From sequence record SRR22947725_510: 45,264 nt of DNA. One strand, 5' to 3'. The notes under the pieces were generated by a model that saw only the letters and a program-made list of their open reading frames with translations, was not told the origin of the DNA and did no database searches. Below are positions 20,217 to 33,198 of the stretch, piece after piece (the first letter of the stretch is position 1; every line of letters starts with the position of its first letter). A program made the translations under genes and the position numbers.

Positions 20217-21520
20217 CCCAACAACTCTTTCATGTTTCTTATACGATGATTAATTAGTTTGTTTGTCCCTACGTCTTTTCGGTGGAAAAGTTTTCCTTTG
20301 ACCTCGCAAATACCCTTTTCAGCAATCTGTTCTGCCACATTAATTTCTTTGTTTATTCCAACAAAAGCCGCAGTCCTTGATCCCGTTGCCATAATTTTGC
20401 CTTTTGTTTTTTGAACAGCGGCAAGATATAGGTTGTTTTCACGTGGGTTGCACTTCACCTCAAAGTTTTTACTCGGATTGTTTGGGTAGCCATTAGGTAC
20501 TGCATATTTACAGACAGTGGCTTCATTTTTAAAGCTAATTTTTAAGTTAGCAATAGAGCCAGAAACAATAGCGTTGCATATAGCAAGAAAATCTGTCTCT
20601 AATATACTCAACACATTCATCGCCTCTGGGTCGCCAAACCTTGCATTATATTCGATAACCTTTACACCGCTTTTTGTTAACATAAAGCCCCCATATAAAA
20701 TACCACGAAACCGCTGCCCGGTTTGTTTGTAGAGTTCTAGGGCGACGCGCTCATTTGTTTGTTGAGCTTCAAGCACATCCTTTTCTGAAAGAAAGGGCAG
20801 ACTGTGATTAGCAAAAGAGTATGTCCCCATTCCACCAGTGTTAGGTCCAATATCCCCGTCAAAAGCTCTTTTATGGTCTTGAACAAGGGGCATGTGAGCA
20901 CAGGTTGTTCCATCGCAAAAGCTCATTAAAGAAAATTCCTCCCCTAAAAATTTTTCTTCAATTAAAAACGTCCCACCACCACTCACTATAGAGCTAGCAT
21001 AAGCAAGCGACTCTTCAATCGAATGAAGATGTTCGCCAGAAATCTTCACACCCTTTCCACCCATTAAACCATCATATTTAATAACATATTCTTCGTTTAG
21101 ATGTCGTAAAAAATCCTCAACACCATCAACAGTAACAAACTCTTTTCTTTCGGGGTTCATTTCTGGAGAACAGAGGTCCAAAATATTTCTAGCAAACGCC
21201 TTACTGGTTTCAATCTTTGCCACGCCCCTTTTCGGCCCAACACAAGGAATCCCAACTTTTTCTAGTGCATCTACAAGGCCGGACTCAAGGGGGTTTTCTG
21301 GACCAATAATAGCAAGATCAATAGAAAGATTTTTAATTAATTCTAATACGTTTGAAACTTCACTTGGAGACTGCTCAAAATATAGTTTAGATAAGTTTTT
21401 GATTTGTGGGTTGGTAGTAGAGGCAATACAATACAGGAGAGTGGAAGAAGAGCTTTCTTTAATCTTTCTAGCTATGGCAACCTCCCTTGCGCCGGAACCA
21501 ATTAAGAGCAATCCAATCAT
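20213..21520 (-). CDS. purD: Phosphoribosylamine-glycine ligase
   Basis: GSGARE, IGPENPL, GGKGV, QDHKRA, GPNTGGMG and EYNARFGDPE motifs. Confidence 0.96.
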   Translation of the reverse strand: MIGLLLIGSGAREVAIARKIKESSSSTLLYCIASTTNPQIKNLSKLYFEQSPSEVSNVLELIKNLSIDLAIIGPENPLESGLVDALEKVGIPCVGPKRGVAKIETSKAFARNILDLCSPEMNPERKEFVTVDGVEDFLRHLNEEYVIKYDGLMGGKGVKISGEHLHSIEESLAYASSIVSGGGTFLIEEKFLGEEFSLMSFCDGTTCAHMPLVQDHKRAFDGDIGPNTGGMGTYSFANHSLPFLSEKDVLEAQQTNERVALELYKQTGQRFRGILYGGFMLTKSGVKVIEYNARFGDPEAMNVLSILETDFLAICNAIVSGSIANLKISFKNEATVCKYAVPNGYPNNPSKNFEVKCNPRENNLYLAAVQKTKGKIMATGSRTAAFVGINKEINVAEQIAEKGICEVKGKLFHRKDVGTNKLINHRIRNMKELLG

Positions 21521-22974
21521 TGCTTTTTAGAGCTATCTATCCTACTATTTTCAAGGTGCTTTAAAAAATCTTTTGTTACACTTCCCGCACAATACTCACC
21601 CGTGAACACAGAGTCTTCAAAGCGTTTAATTTTTTTGTTTCCGATATGAGCCGAAAGCTTTAAGTCTTCGAGGTTTTGATAGATTAGCGTGTCGGCACCA
21701 ATAAATCTTTCTACCTGCTTTACTGTTCTGTTGTGAGCCACAAGCTCTTTTGTTGCGGGCATATCAATACCATAAACATTTTGGTATCTAATAGGGGGAG
21801 CCGCAGAAGCAAAAAAAACCTTCTTTGCGCCATTGTTTCTTACCATTTCAATAATTTTTTTAGAGGTATTGCCTCTTACAATAGAGTCATCTACAAGTAA
21901 AACATTTTTATTTTTAAACTCTATCTCAATGGGACTTAGTTTATGGGCTACAGATCTTTTACGAATGCTTTGTCCGGGCATGATAAAAGTTCTTCCTATA
22001 TATCTATTTTTGATAAAACCTTCACGATATTTGATATCTAATTTATGAGCAACCTGCATTGCAGATGTTCTGCTTGTGTCGGGAATGGGTATAACAACAT
22101 CTATGTCGAGATGGCCATATTCTTTTAAGATTTTATCGCCTAAATAGTCACCCATTCTTAATCGAGACTTGTGTACAGAAATAGAATCTATGGTTGAGTC
22201 GGGTCTTGAAAAATAGACAAACTCAAATAGGCAGGGTGTATGATCAGATTTTTTATAACACTGTTTTTTTAATAACTCACCAGATTCAGAAATAATAATT
22301 GCTTCACCCGGCTTAACGTCTCTTTCAAAGGAATAACCCAAAGCGCTTAGGGCGGCGCTTTCTGACGCAACCATATAAGAACTACCGCTTTTACCAATAA
22401 CCAAAGGACGAATTCCGTTTGGATCCCTGAATGCGACAATACCGACCCCAGCAACAATCATTGCTACAGCATACCCACCTTCACACTGTCGATATACATT
22501 TTTTAGTGCAGAAAAAACATGAGAATAATTCAGGGTCCTAAAATTTGTTTTATAAAGTTCATATGAAAAAAGATTTAACAAAACCTCAGAGTCAGATCGA
22601 GTATTAAATTGACAAAAGTGTGTTTTTAAAAGATCTGCTTTAATTTTTTCACTGTTTGTAAGGGTTCCATTGTGAGCAAGAGAAATATTAACAGGGTTTG
22701 CAGAATAAAATGGCTGAGCTTCGCTTGCATCTGAACACCCAGCAGTGGGGTAGCGCACATGACCCACACCTATGTTTCCTTCTAAGCTCAAAGATTCGTT
22801 GGTTTTAAAAACCTCCGTTACAACACCAACCTCTTTATGTAAAGACATTTTAGATTTATCCCAAGTAGCAATACCCGCAGCATCTTGCCCGCGGTGTTGA
22901 ACCTGTATTAGTGCGTCATATATGTCACCAGCAACATCTTCTTTTTTATGATATATCCCAATAATTCCACACAT
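21517..22974 (-). CDS. purF: Amidophosphoribosyltransferase
   Basis: N-terminal MCGI, QHRGQD, GHVRYPTAG, HNG, VDDSIVRG and YGIDMP motifs. Confidence 0.97.
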   Translation of the reverse strand: MCGIIGIYHKKEDVAGDIYDALIQVQHRGQDAAGIATWDKSKMSLHKEVGVVTEVFKTNESLSLEGNIGVGHVRYPTAGCSDASEAQPFYSANPVNISLAHNGTLTNSEKIKADLLKTHFCQFNTRSDSEVLLNLFSYELYKTNFRTLNYSHVFSALKNVYRQCEGGYAVAMIVAGVGIVAFRDPNGIRPLVIGKSGSSYMVASESAALSALGYSFERDVKPGEAIIISESGELLKKQCYKKSDHTPCLFEFVYFSRPDSTIDSISVHKSRLRMGDYLGDKILKEYGHLDIDVVIPIPDTSRTSAMQVAHKLDIKYREGFIKNRYIGRTFIMPGQSIRKRSVAHKLSPIEIEFKNKNVLLVDDSIVRGNTSKKIIEMVRNNGAKKVFFASAAPPIRYQNVYGIDMPATKELVAHNRTVKQVERFIGADTLIYQNLEDLKLSAHIGNKKIKRFEDSVFTGEYCAGSVTKDFLKHLENSRIDSSKKQ

Positions 22975-22977
22975 ATA

Positions 22978-24327
22978 TTAATATCGCCTTAAAATCTTTT
23001 TAATTTCACCAACATAGGTTGATGGGGTTAGACACAACAAAGCTTTTTTATCTTTTTCTGGAATATCTAAGGACTCGACTAGGGATAAATATGTGTCTTG
23101 ATTTAAAGGTAAGCCCCTAGTCAATTTCTTTATTTTATTATAAGCCATCTTATCACCAGACTTTCTCAAAATGGTTTGAACCGCTTCAGCCAATATGCTC
23201 CACTGATTCTCTAATTCAGAAGAAAGCTGATCTTTGTTTGGTTGAATTCTATTTAGTCCATTAATAATGTTTTTATATGCTAACAAAGAGTGTCCAAAAG
23301 CAACACCAACATTTCTAAAAAGTGTACTGCCGCTTAAATCTCTTTGAAGCCTAGACCTTGAAAGCCTTGATGCTAAAAAAACAAAACTGGCGTTAGAGAG
23401 TTCCAGATTTCCTTCTGCATTTTCAAAAGAGATAGGATTAATTTTGTGTGGCATCGTACTAGACCCCACCTCTCCAGGTTTATTAATTTGAGTAAAAATA
23501 TTTCTACTTATATAAAGCCAAACATCAACACACATATCTGTTAAAATATTATTAACTCGAACAAAAGCATGCAAAAGTTCCGCCATAGAATCATTTGGTT
23601 CAATTTGTGTAGTAATTGGATTGTTTTTTAAACCTAAGTCTCTAATAAATTTTTCAGAAAAACTAGTCCAAGACTCTTTGGGAAAGGCTATTTTATGTGC
23701 AGCAAAAGTTCCAGTAGCGCCAGAAAATTTAGCGAGCAACCTATGTTTTTTTATATGTGTAATTTGTCTTTCTAGCCTGCTGTGGAAAACCGCCATTTCT
23801 TTGCCCAGTGTTGTCGTTGTAGCGGGTTGGCCATGAGTTAATGACAGCATTGGCATGTCTTTTGTTTTGCTTACCAACAACATTAAAAGAGAGGATAGTT
23901 GATTTAAGCTATCTAATAAAGACTCATCAACGCCACGTTGAAACATTAAAGAATAAGATGTATTGTTAATGTCTTCTGATGTTAGGCCAAAATGAACAAA
24001 AGGAACCCATTTTGAAAACCCATTTTTTTCTAATTTTTTGGATAAATATCCAACAACAGCATTCACATCATGTTTTGTTTTTGCCTCAATTCTTTTAACC
24101 GCATTATATTCTTTTTGATCAAAGTTTTGATAAAAAGAGTGCAGCTGTTTTTGTTCTTTCTTTTTTAAAGATAGGTCTTTTTTAAGCGAGCGATGTTCGG
24201 ATAGTGCAATCAGATACTTTACCTCGACTTCAAGGCGAAATTTCATTAAAGCCTGTTCTGAAAAAAAGCTATTTAACTCAGAAACATTTTTTTTATATCT
24301 ACCATCTAGCGGAGATATAGCGCTCAT
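22978..24327 (-). CDS. purB: Adenylosuccinate lyase (E. coli type)
   Basis: AISPLDGRY, HFGLTSEDIN, THGQPA, GSSTMPHKINP and SRLQRDLS motifs. Confidence 0.96.
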   Translation of the reverse strand: MSAISPLDGRYKKNVSELNSFFSEQALMKFRLEVEVKYLIALSEHRSLKKDLSLKKKEQKQLHSFYQNFDQKEYNAVKRIEAKTKHDVNAVVGYLSKKLEKNGFSKWVPFVHFGLTSEDINNTSYSLMFQRGVDESLLDSLNQLSSLLMLLVSKTKDMPMLSLTHGQPATTTTLGKEMAVFHSRLERQITHIKKHRLLAKFSGATGTFAAHKIAFPKESWTSFSEKFIRDLGLKNNPITTQIEPNDSMAELLHAFVRVNNILTDMCVDVWLYISRNIFTQINKPGEVGSSTMPHKINPISFENAEGNLELSNASFVFLASRLSRSRLQRDLSGSTLFRNVGVAFGHSLLAYKNIINGLNRIQPNKDQLSSELENQWSILAEAVQTILRKSGDKMAYNKIKKLTRGLPLNQDTYLSLVESLDIPEKDKKALLCLTPSTYVGEIKKILRRY

Positions 24328-24719
24328 ATTTTTCCTAAGCTCAATATTCTATGAACAGCTAAAGCACAATTACCCGGATCAAGAACCGTAAGAACGGGGG
24401 TCATGCTTGGCATTTGTAGTGTAGAGTGAATATTAATGCTCATATCGATCTTATCTGCGAAAGGAGGACAACCAATCGTTGGTTTGTTTGTGTTTGCTGC
24501 TACAAAACCGGACAGAGCATTGGATCTACCCGCAATTGTTACAAAAACAACAGACTCTTCTTGACCGTAAGACCTTATAATTTCTAATACCTTTTCTGGA
24601 TTTTTATGCGCAGAAGCAGCATGAGTTTCATGCTCTACTCCCACACTGCCTAGAGTAGATGTAATTTTATCTGCATGGTGTTGATCGGATGTTGATCCCA
24701 TAATTAATACTGCTTTCAT
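24324..24719 (-). CDS. purE: AIR carboxylase PurE, class II-like
   Basis: IMGSTSD, SAHK, IAGRSNALSG and IGCPP motifs. Confidence 0.92.
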   Translation of the reverse strand: MKAVLIMGSTSDQHHADKITSTLGSVGVEHETHAASAHKNPEKVLEIIRSYGQEESVVFVTIAGRSNALSGFVAANTNKPTIGCPPFADKIDMSINIHSTLQMPSMTPVLTVLDPGNCALAVHRILSLGKI

Positions 24720-25690
24720 ATTAACCCCTTTATGTTATTTTTAATTCTTTGATCTATGTTTGTTAGGTCCGGAAAGTCAAATTTTTCACCGGTGATTAAT
24801 TCGTATAATAAAATATAACGCGCAGACAGCTCAACGATTAGTTCGTCCGGAGCTTCTGGTAAAACTTTGTCATTATAGGGGTCACAATGCTTTGCAAACC
24901 ATAGTCGCAGAAATTCTTTATCAATGTTTTGCGGCTCTTCATCGTTATCAAAGCGAGATTGATATGTTTTTTCTATCCAATACCTACTAGAATCGGGGGT
25001 ATGTATTTCATCAACAAATTTAATGTTACCAGAAGAATCCTTACCAAGCTCATACTTTGTATCAACCAAGATTAATCCATTTTTTGCAGCTATATCTTGA
25101 CCATAATTAAATAAATCTAAGCTCATTTGTGCCGCCCTATCATAATCTTCTTCTGTCATTAACCCCAGCGCAAGAATTTCACCTTTTGAAACGGGTCTAT
25201 CATGAATTTTATCTTTTGTAGTTGGTGTTAGCATTGGCTGAGAAAGTTTTTGGTTTTTTTTCAAACAAGAAGGAATTTTATTTCCACAATATTCTTTAGC
25301 ACCATTCTTGTAGACCGTCCAAAGAGACGTTTCTGTTGATCCTGTAATATATCCCCTTACTACAAATTCTACCTGAAACACTTCGCACTTCTCAACCAAG
25401 GATATGTTAGGATCCGGGGTGCTAATAAGATGATTTGGAAACATATCTTTTGTTTTTTTAAACCACCACGCACTAACCAAGTTTAAAACAACTCCTTTAT
25501 AAGGTATTCGAGCAAGAACTCTATCAAATGCACTTTGTCGATCAGTAGAGACCATTAGAACTTTGTCGTCTAAGAAATAGGCATCACGGACCTTGCCCAC
25601 CTGTTTATTTTTTACGTGAATGTTGGTATCCTGAATTGTGTTATTCAGGTTCTCGCTAATTACCTGATAATATTTGTCGTCAATATTCAT
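24716..25690 (-). CDS. purC: SAICAR synthetase (long, Ade1-like form)
   Basis: GKVRD, TDRQSAFD, VRGYITGS, TPTTK, DTKYE and DEIHTPDSSRYW motifs; 324 aa. Confidence 0.96.
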   Translation of the reverse strand: MNIDDKYYQVISENLNNTIQDTNIHVKNKQVGKVRDAYFLDDKVLMVSTDRQSAFDRVLARIPYKGVVLNLVSAWWFKKTKDMFPNHLISTPDPNISLVEKCEVFQVEFVVRGYITGSTETSLWTVYKNGAKEYCGNKIPSCLKKNQKLSQPMLTPTTKDKIHDRPVSKGEILALGLMTEEDYDRAAQMSLDLFNYGQDIAAKNGLILVDTKYELGKDSSGNIKFVDEIHTPDSSRYWIEKTYQSRFDNDEEPQNIDKEFLRLWFAKHCDPYNDKVLPEAPDELIVELSARYILLYELITGEKFDFPDLTNIDQRIKNNIKGLI

Positions 25691-26933
25691 GACATTCTTG
25701 CGAAATTGGATTACACAAAATATGACTATTTAAGATTAAATCAATGTCTTTTTTTATTTGTTTTTCCGTAGAGTTTATTTCCCAAACAGTGCCCTTTAAA
25801 ATATTTGTTACATTATTAAAGCCAAATCGCTTTTGTAGGGTCTCCTTCATTTTTCTGCCCTCAATGTTTTCTTTTTCTCTAACTAAAAAACGAGACCCAG
25901 AACCTCTATCGACATTAGTGGCTATAAACTCTTTGCTAGGATTAAACAAGACGTCCGTCTCATAAATATTCTCTATATCCAATGCACCATCGTGCTCAAT
26001 TTCAAGATGTAAATATTTTTTAATATTAGCATCGGTTTTACCAAGTCTTTCTATACATTTTTCTACTGAAATAGCTTCATTATCTGCAATAATCATTGAT
26101 ATTAAAAGTTCTGTAGTTTTTTTGGATTTTTTAAAAGGGGAGATGCTAATTTTTTTTGATTCATAGTTTAAAGCCTTATAGCTAAAAACGTCATCAGAAT
26201 TCAAAAAACTATTTAATGAACTAAAAATAGGGTCACCTATATAGGTTCGTTCTGGGTGCGGCATTATTGCCATAACGTTTCCAGCAACATTTCCAAGAGC
26301 GGCAATATTATCAATTGACCCATTTGGATTGACCGGAAAATCATTGATAACCTCTCCATCTTCATTGCAATAGTGATACACAGCTAGGTTGGCGGTTTCT
26401 ACAATGTCTTGTAGCTTTTTATCCATCATAAATCTTCCTTCAGCATGTGCTATAGGTATATGCAAAAGACCATTATCAGATTTATCAACAAAGGCGGAGA
26501 CACTCTCTTTATTGCTTTTTAAATAACACCAAGTATTATAATACCCCGTACCAACAACCTGACCACTTCTAACGCGCTTGTTTTCAGATAAACTAACTAT
26601 AGTTTCAAAACCATTGTTTCCTGGAACCATTCCAGATTCTACCAAAATTTGCGCACCGTTACACACACCCAAAACAGGTTTACCCGTCAAAGCCTGTTTT
26701 TTTAATGTATTCATAACAGGGTCTAGTGATGCAATAATACCAGACCTTGAACGATCTTCATAAGAAAACCCCCCAACAATAATATATCCATCACAAAGAT
26801 CTAGGTTAGATGAAGGTTCGTTCCAAAGGTGCGATATGGGAACCATACCATTTCTTTCGATAGCAGCAATAGTTTCAAGCTCTGTATTAGAGCCCGGGAA
26901 CTGAATAACGGCTATTTTAGATCTATTTGTCAT
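25680..26933 (-). CDS. purQ: FGAM synthase glutaminase PurQ with a C-terminal tandem PurS-like extension
   Basis: FPGSN, GGFSYED, GVCNG, AHAEG, NPNGS and MPHPER in the first ~240 aa; the remaining ~170 aa contain two PurS-like units. Confidence 0.92.
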   Translation of the reverse strand: MTNRSKIAVIQFPGSNTELETIAAIERNGMVPISHLWNEPSSNLDLCDGYIIVGGFSYEDRSRSGIIASLDPVMNTLKKQALTGKPVLGVCNGAQILVESGMVPGNNGFETIVSLSENKRVRSGQVVGTGYYNTWCYLKSNKESVSAFVDKSDNGLLHIPIAHAEGRFMMDKKLQDIVETANLAVYHYCNEDGEVINDFPVNPNGSIDNIAALGNVAGNVMAIMPHPERTYIGDPIFSSLNSFLNSDDVFSYKALNYESKKISISPFKKSKKTTELLISMIIADNEAISVEKCIERLGKTDANIKKYLHLEIEHDGALDIENIYETDVLFNPSKEFIATNVDRGSGSRFLVREKENIEGRKMKETLQKRFGFNNVTNILKGTVWEINSTEKQIKKDIDLILNSHILCNPISQECHEY

Positions 26934-27965
26934 TCAAATAAACTTGTTTAGATGAGTCGGTAACCATAATTCCTATTTCATAACAGTTCTTTTCTCCAAG
27001 CATACTTACAAGACGATCTTTTTCAGACGGACTTACGATAATAGTAAGACCAATACCCATATTAAAAGTGCGGTATAATTCGCTTGTTTTAAGGTCAAGA
27101 TTTTCTATTAAAAATTGAAAAATAGGAATTTTAGGCCAAGAATTGATATTAATCTGAGCTGAAAGCCCCCCAGGAAAAACCCTAGGTACATTATCTATTA
27201 ATCCACCGCCAGTTATATGAGCCAAGCTTTTAAGTGTAAATCCTTTTTCAATAAGGATGTTAATCATCTGACTATAGTTTTTATGTGGAGCCAGGAGGGC
27301 ATTGCCAACAACTGTTTTTTGATCAGAGAGCATATCATCAATCCCCAGATGTAATACATCAAAAATCAGTTTCCTTGCTAAAGAATAGCCATTTGTATGT
27401 AATCCATTTGATGGAATGCCCATAATCAAATCACCTTCTTTAACAGAAGAGCCATCCACAATATTCTTCCTTTCTATAATCCCCGTAGCAATACCAACCA
27501 AGTCATATTCATTTTGATGGTAAGTCCCCGGCATTTCAGCAGTTTCCCCCCCCACCAAAGAAACGCCCAGATTCTTACACTCAACTGTAATACTACTAAT
27601 GATTTCTGAAACAGTTTTAGGTTCTAGGGAACTGCTAGCTATATAATCAAGAAAGGTTAACGGTTTTGCGCCAGTTGCCGCTACATCATTGCAACAGGCA
27701 TTGACTAGATCGTAACCAATAAAATCAAAATTATTACATTTTTGTGCAACAGCCATTTTTGTGCCAACACCATCGATACTTTGAACCATCACGGGGTCGT
27801 CGTATTGATTTACAATGTCTTTTATACTATACATTGCACCAAAGCCACCAATGGAAGAGAGTACATTTTTGTTAAAAGTAGACTGGATAACATCCCTGGA
27901 AGATGCTATTGCATAATCTGCTTTTTCAATGTCTACGCCAGCATCTTTATATGAAATCTTTTTTT

Positions 27966-27969
<4 letters not shown>
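26923..27969 (-). CDS. purM: AIR synthetase (phosphoribosylformylglycinamidine cyclo-ligase)
   Basis: YKDAGVD, DGVGTK, GGETAEMP, GLHTNGYSL, HITGGG and TFNMGIG motifs. ATG 27969 overlaps the purL stop (ATGA). Confidence 0.97.
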
Positions 27970-31615
<3,646 letters not shown>

Positions 31616-31622
31616 TTATACT

Positions 31623-32867
31623 ATGGATTCTTTATACCAAAATAATACTTTTAAAACCCTTATTTTATTAGGGGTTTTATTTCTAAATAGCTGTGCCGCT
31701 GTCGGTCAATTAGTTATTCCAATGGAGTCAATTGATAAGCCAAAGGGACCTTATGGTATTGGCACCCAAGTCTTTTTCTGGACAGACGAAAAAAGGAGCG
31801 AACAATACACAACAGACCCAACGGACCTTAGAAAGCTACAAGTACAAATTTGGTATCCTGCACAAATGAAGGAAGGTTATCAAAAAACAACTCATATGGT
31901 GTTTCCTAATAAGACATTAGATGCTATGGCGAGCACCCTTAATGTACCGGTGAATTTTATAGGACATGGAGCACGACTAATGTCAAGCGCAGTTCAAGGA
32001 GCACATCCAGTAGAAGGAGAAAAATTCCCATTGATATTATTTTCACATGGTGATGGAGGTGTAGCAACCCAAAACCTGTCGCAGGTTGAAGCGCTAGTAA
32101 GCAACGGATATATTGTGATTGCCCCCAATCACACCTATAATGCTTCTATTACCTTTGATGAAGAAGGTACCCCAGCTATATATCAATCTAATATTACGTG
32201 GAGCGAACAAACAATATATAGCAAAAAGTACTATGCAAATCAACTGATACGATATCGATATGCAGATATTGCATTTATATTAGATGAAATATCAAAAAAT
32301 ACTCTACAAGGATCTATGTCAAATCCTTATTACGAAATGATCGATTTTGAACGCGTGGGAATGATGGGACACTCCATGGGAGCAGGAACTAGCTATCATG
32401 GACTAATAAATGATAAGCGTATTAAGTCAGCAGCAGCATTCGATGGATGGTTTTTCCCTTTAGACAAAAGAACCTTTTCTACCCAAACTAATAAACCTTT
32501 TCTTCACTTAGGACAAGAGGAGTATTTAGATATAGATATAGAGGGCGATATTAATAACTCCGAATCAGGAATGATTAATTTTGACATTCATAATGCTATC
32601 TTAGAAAACAATACAAGATCTTTCGTTGTTTATGTTGAAAACAGTCTACATGTTGACTTTACAGACTATAAACAGATATATATTCAAGGAAGACCATTTA
32701 CAATTCCGATATCTGAATTTGGAGATATCTCAAGAAATAAAATTAAAAATATTATGAACAAATCAATTCTAGAGTTTTTTGACTATACGTTTAAAGGTAA
32801 AGAATTTGATCCAACAGTTCTAAGTCAATATAATAATAGTATAAAAGTGAGCTATGATACCAACTAG
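31623..32867 (+). CDS. Alpha/beta hydrolase, PAF-acetylhydrolase-like, probable lipoprotein
   Basis: Lipobox-like LNSC, GPYGIG, VQIWYPA, PLILFSHG, nucleophile GHSMG, FDGW and HVDFTD motifs. Confidence 0.85.
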   Translation: MDSLYQNNTFKTLILLGVLFLNSCAAVGQLVIPMESIDKPKGPYGIGTQVFFWTDEKRSEQYTTDPTDLRKLQVQIWYPAQMKEGYQKTTHMVFPNKTLDAMASTLNVPVNFIGHGARLMSSAVQGAHPVEGEKFPLILFSHGDGGVATQNLSQVEALVSNGYIVIAPNHTYNASITFDEEGTPAIYQSNITWSEQTIYSKKYYANQLIRYRYADIAFILDEISKNTLQGSMSNPYYEMIDFERVGMMGHSMGAGTSYHGLINDKRIKSAAAFDGWFFPLDKRTFSTQTNKPFLHLGQEEYLDIDIEGDINNSESGMINFDIHNAILENNTRSFVVYVENSLHVDFTDYKQIYIQGRPFTIPISEFGDISRNKIKNIMNKSILEFFDYTFKGKEFDPTVLSQYNNSIKVSYDTN

Positions 32868-32976
32868 TTTTATAAAAAAAGTGGGAACATTTACCAAAAA
32901 ACGGTGCCAGATTTCACTATATTTAAGCTAAAAAAAAGAAAGATTTAATTTTTTACCCCAATTTGTCGTCCTGACA

Positions 32977-33000
32977 GTCAATACTAAAAAAGTATTGACA
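32977..33000 (+). promoter_or_regulatory. Palindromic operator-like site overlapping a TTGACA -35 element
   Basis: GTCAATACT-AAAAA-AGTATTGAC is a perfect 9-bp inverted repeat; TTGACA at 32995-33000. No clean -10 at the 17-bp spacing. Confidence 0.55.
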
Positions 33001-33198
33001 TCAACTAAAACAATCCTCAATTTAAATGGATTTCACATTTGAAGGGATACGCATCCCCCAAACGTGGTATATATATACTGTGAAAAGTATGAATGAAATT
33101 AAAAATTATATATACTATTAATATATATATAGGGTAAATGAATGAAACAAAATAACAAATTAAAATTTGTATATAAAAACTCATTTGGAGGTAGAATA

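Noticed and set aside
20434-20449. Partial parS-like TTTCACGTG in purD (also TTTACGTGAA near 25611)
   Set aside because: Only a half-site matches; the palindrome is broken.
32875-32930. GGGAA...GGTGCCAG upstream of the TBDR suggesting a cobalamin riboswitch
   Set aside because: No B12-box (GCCACTG) or expected stem order is visible.
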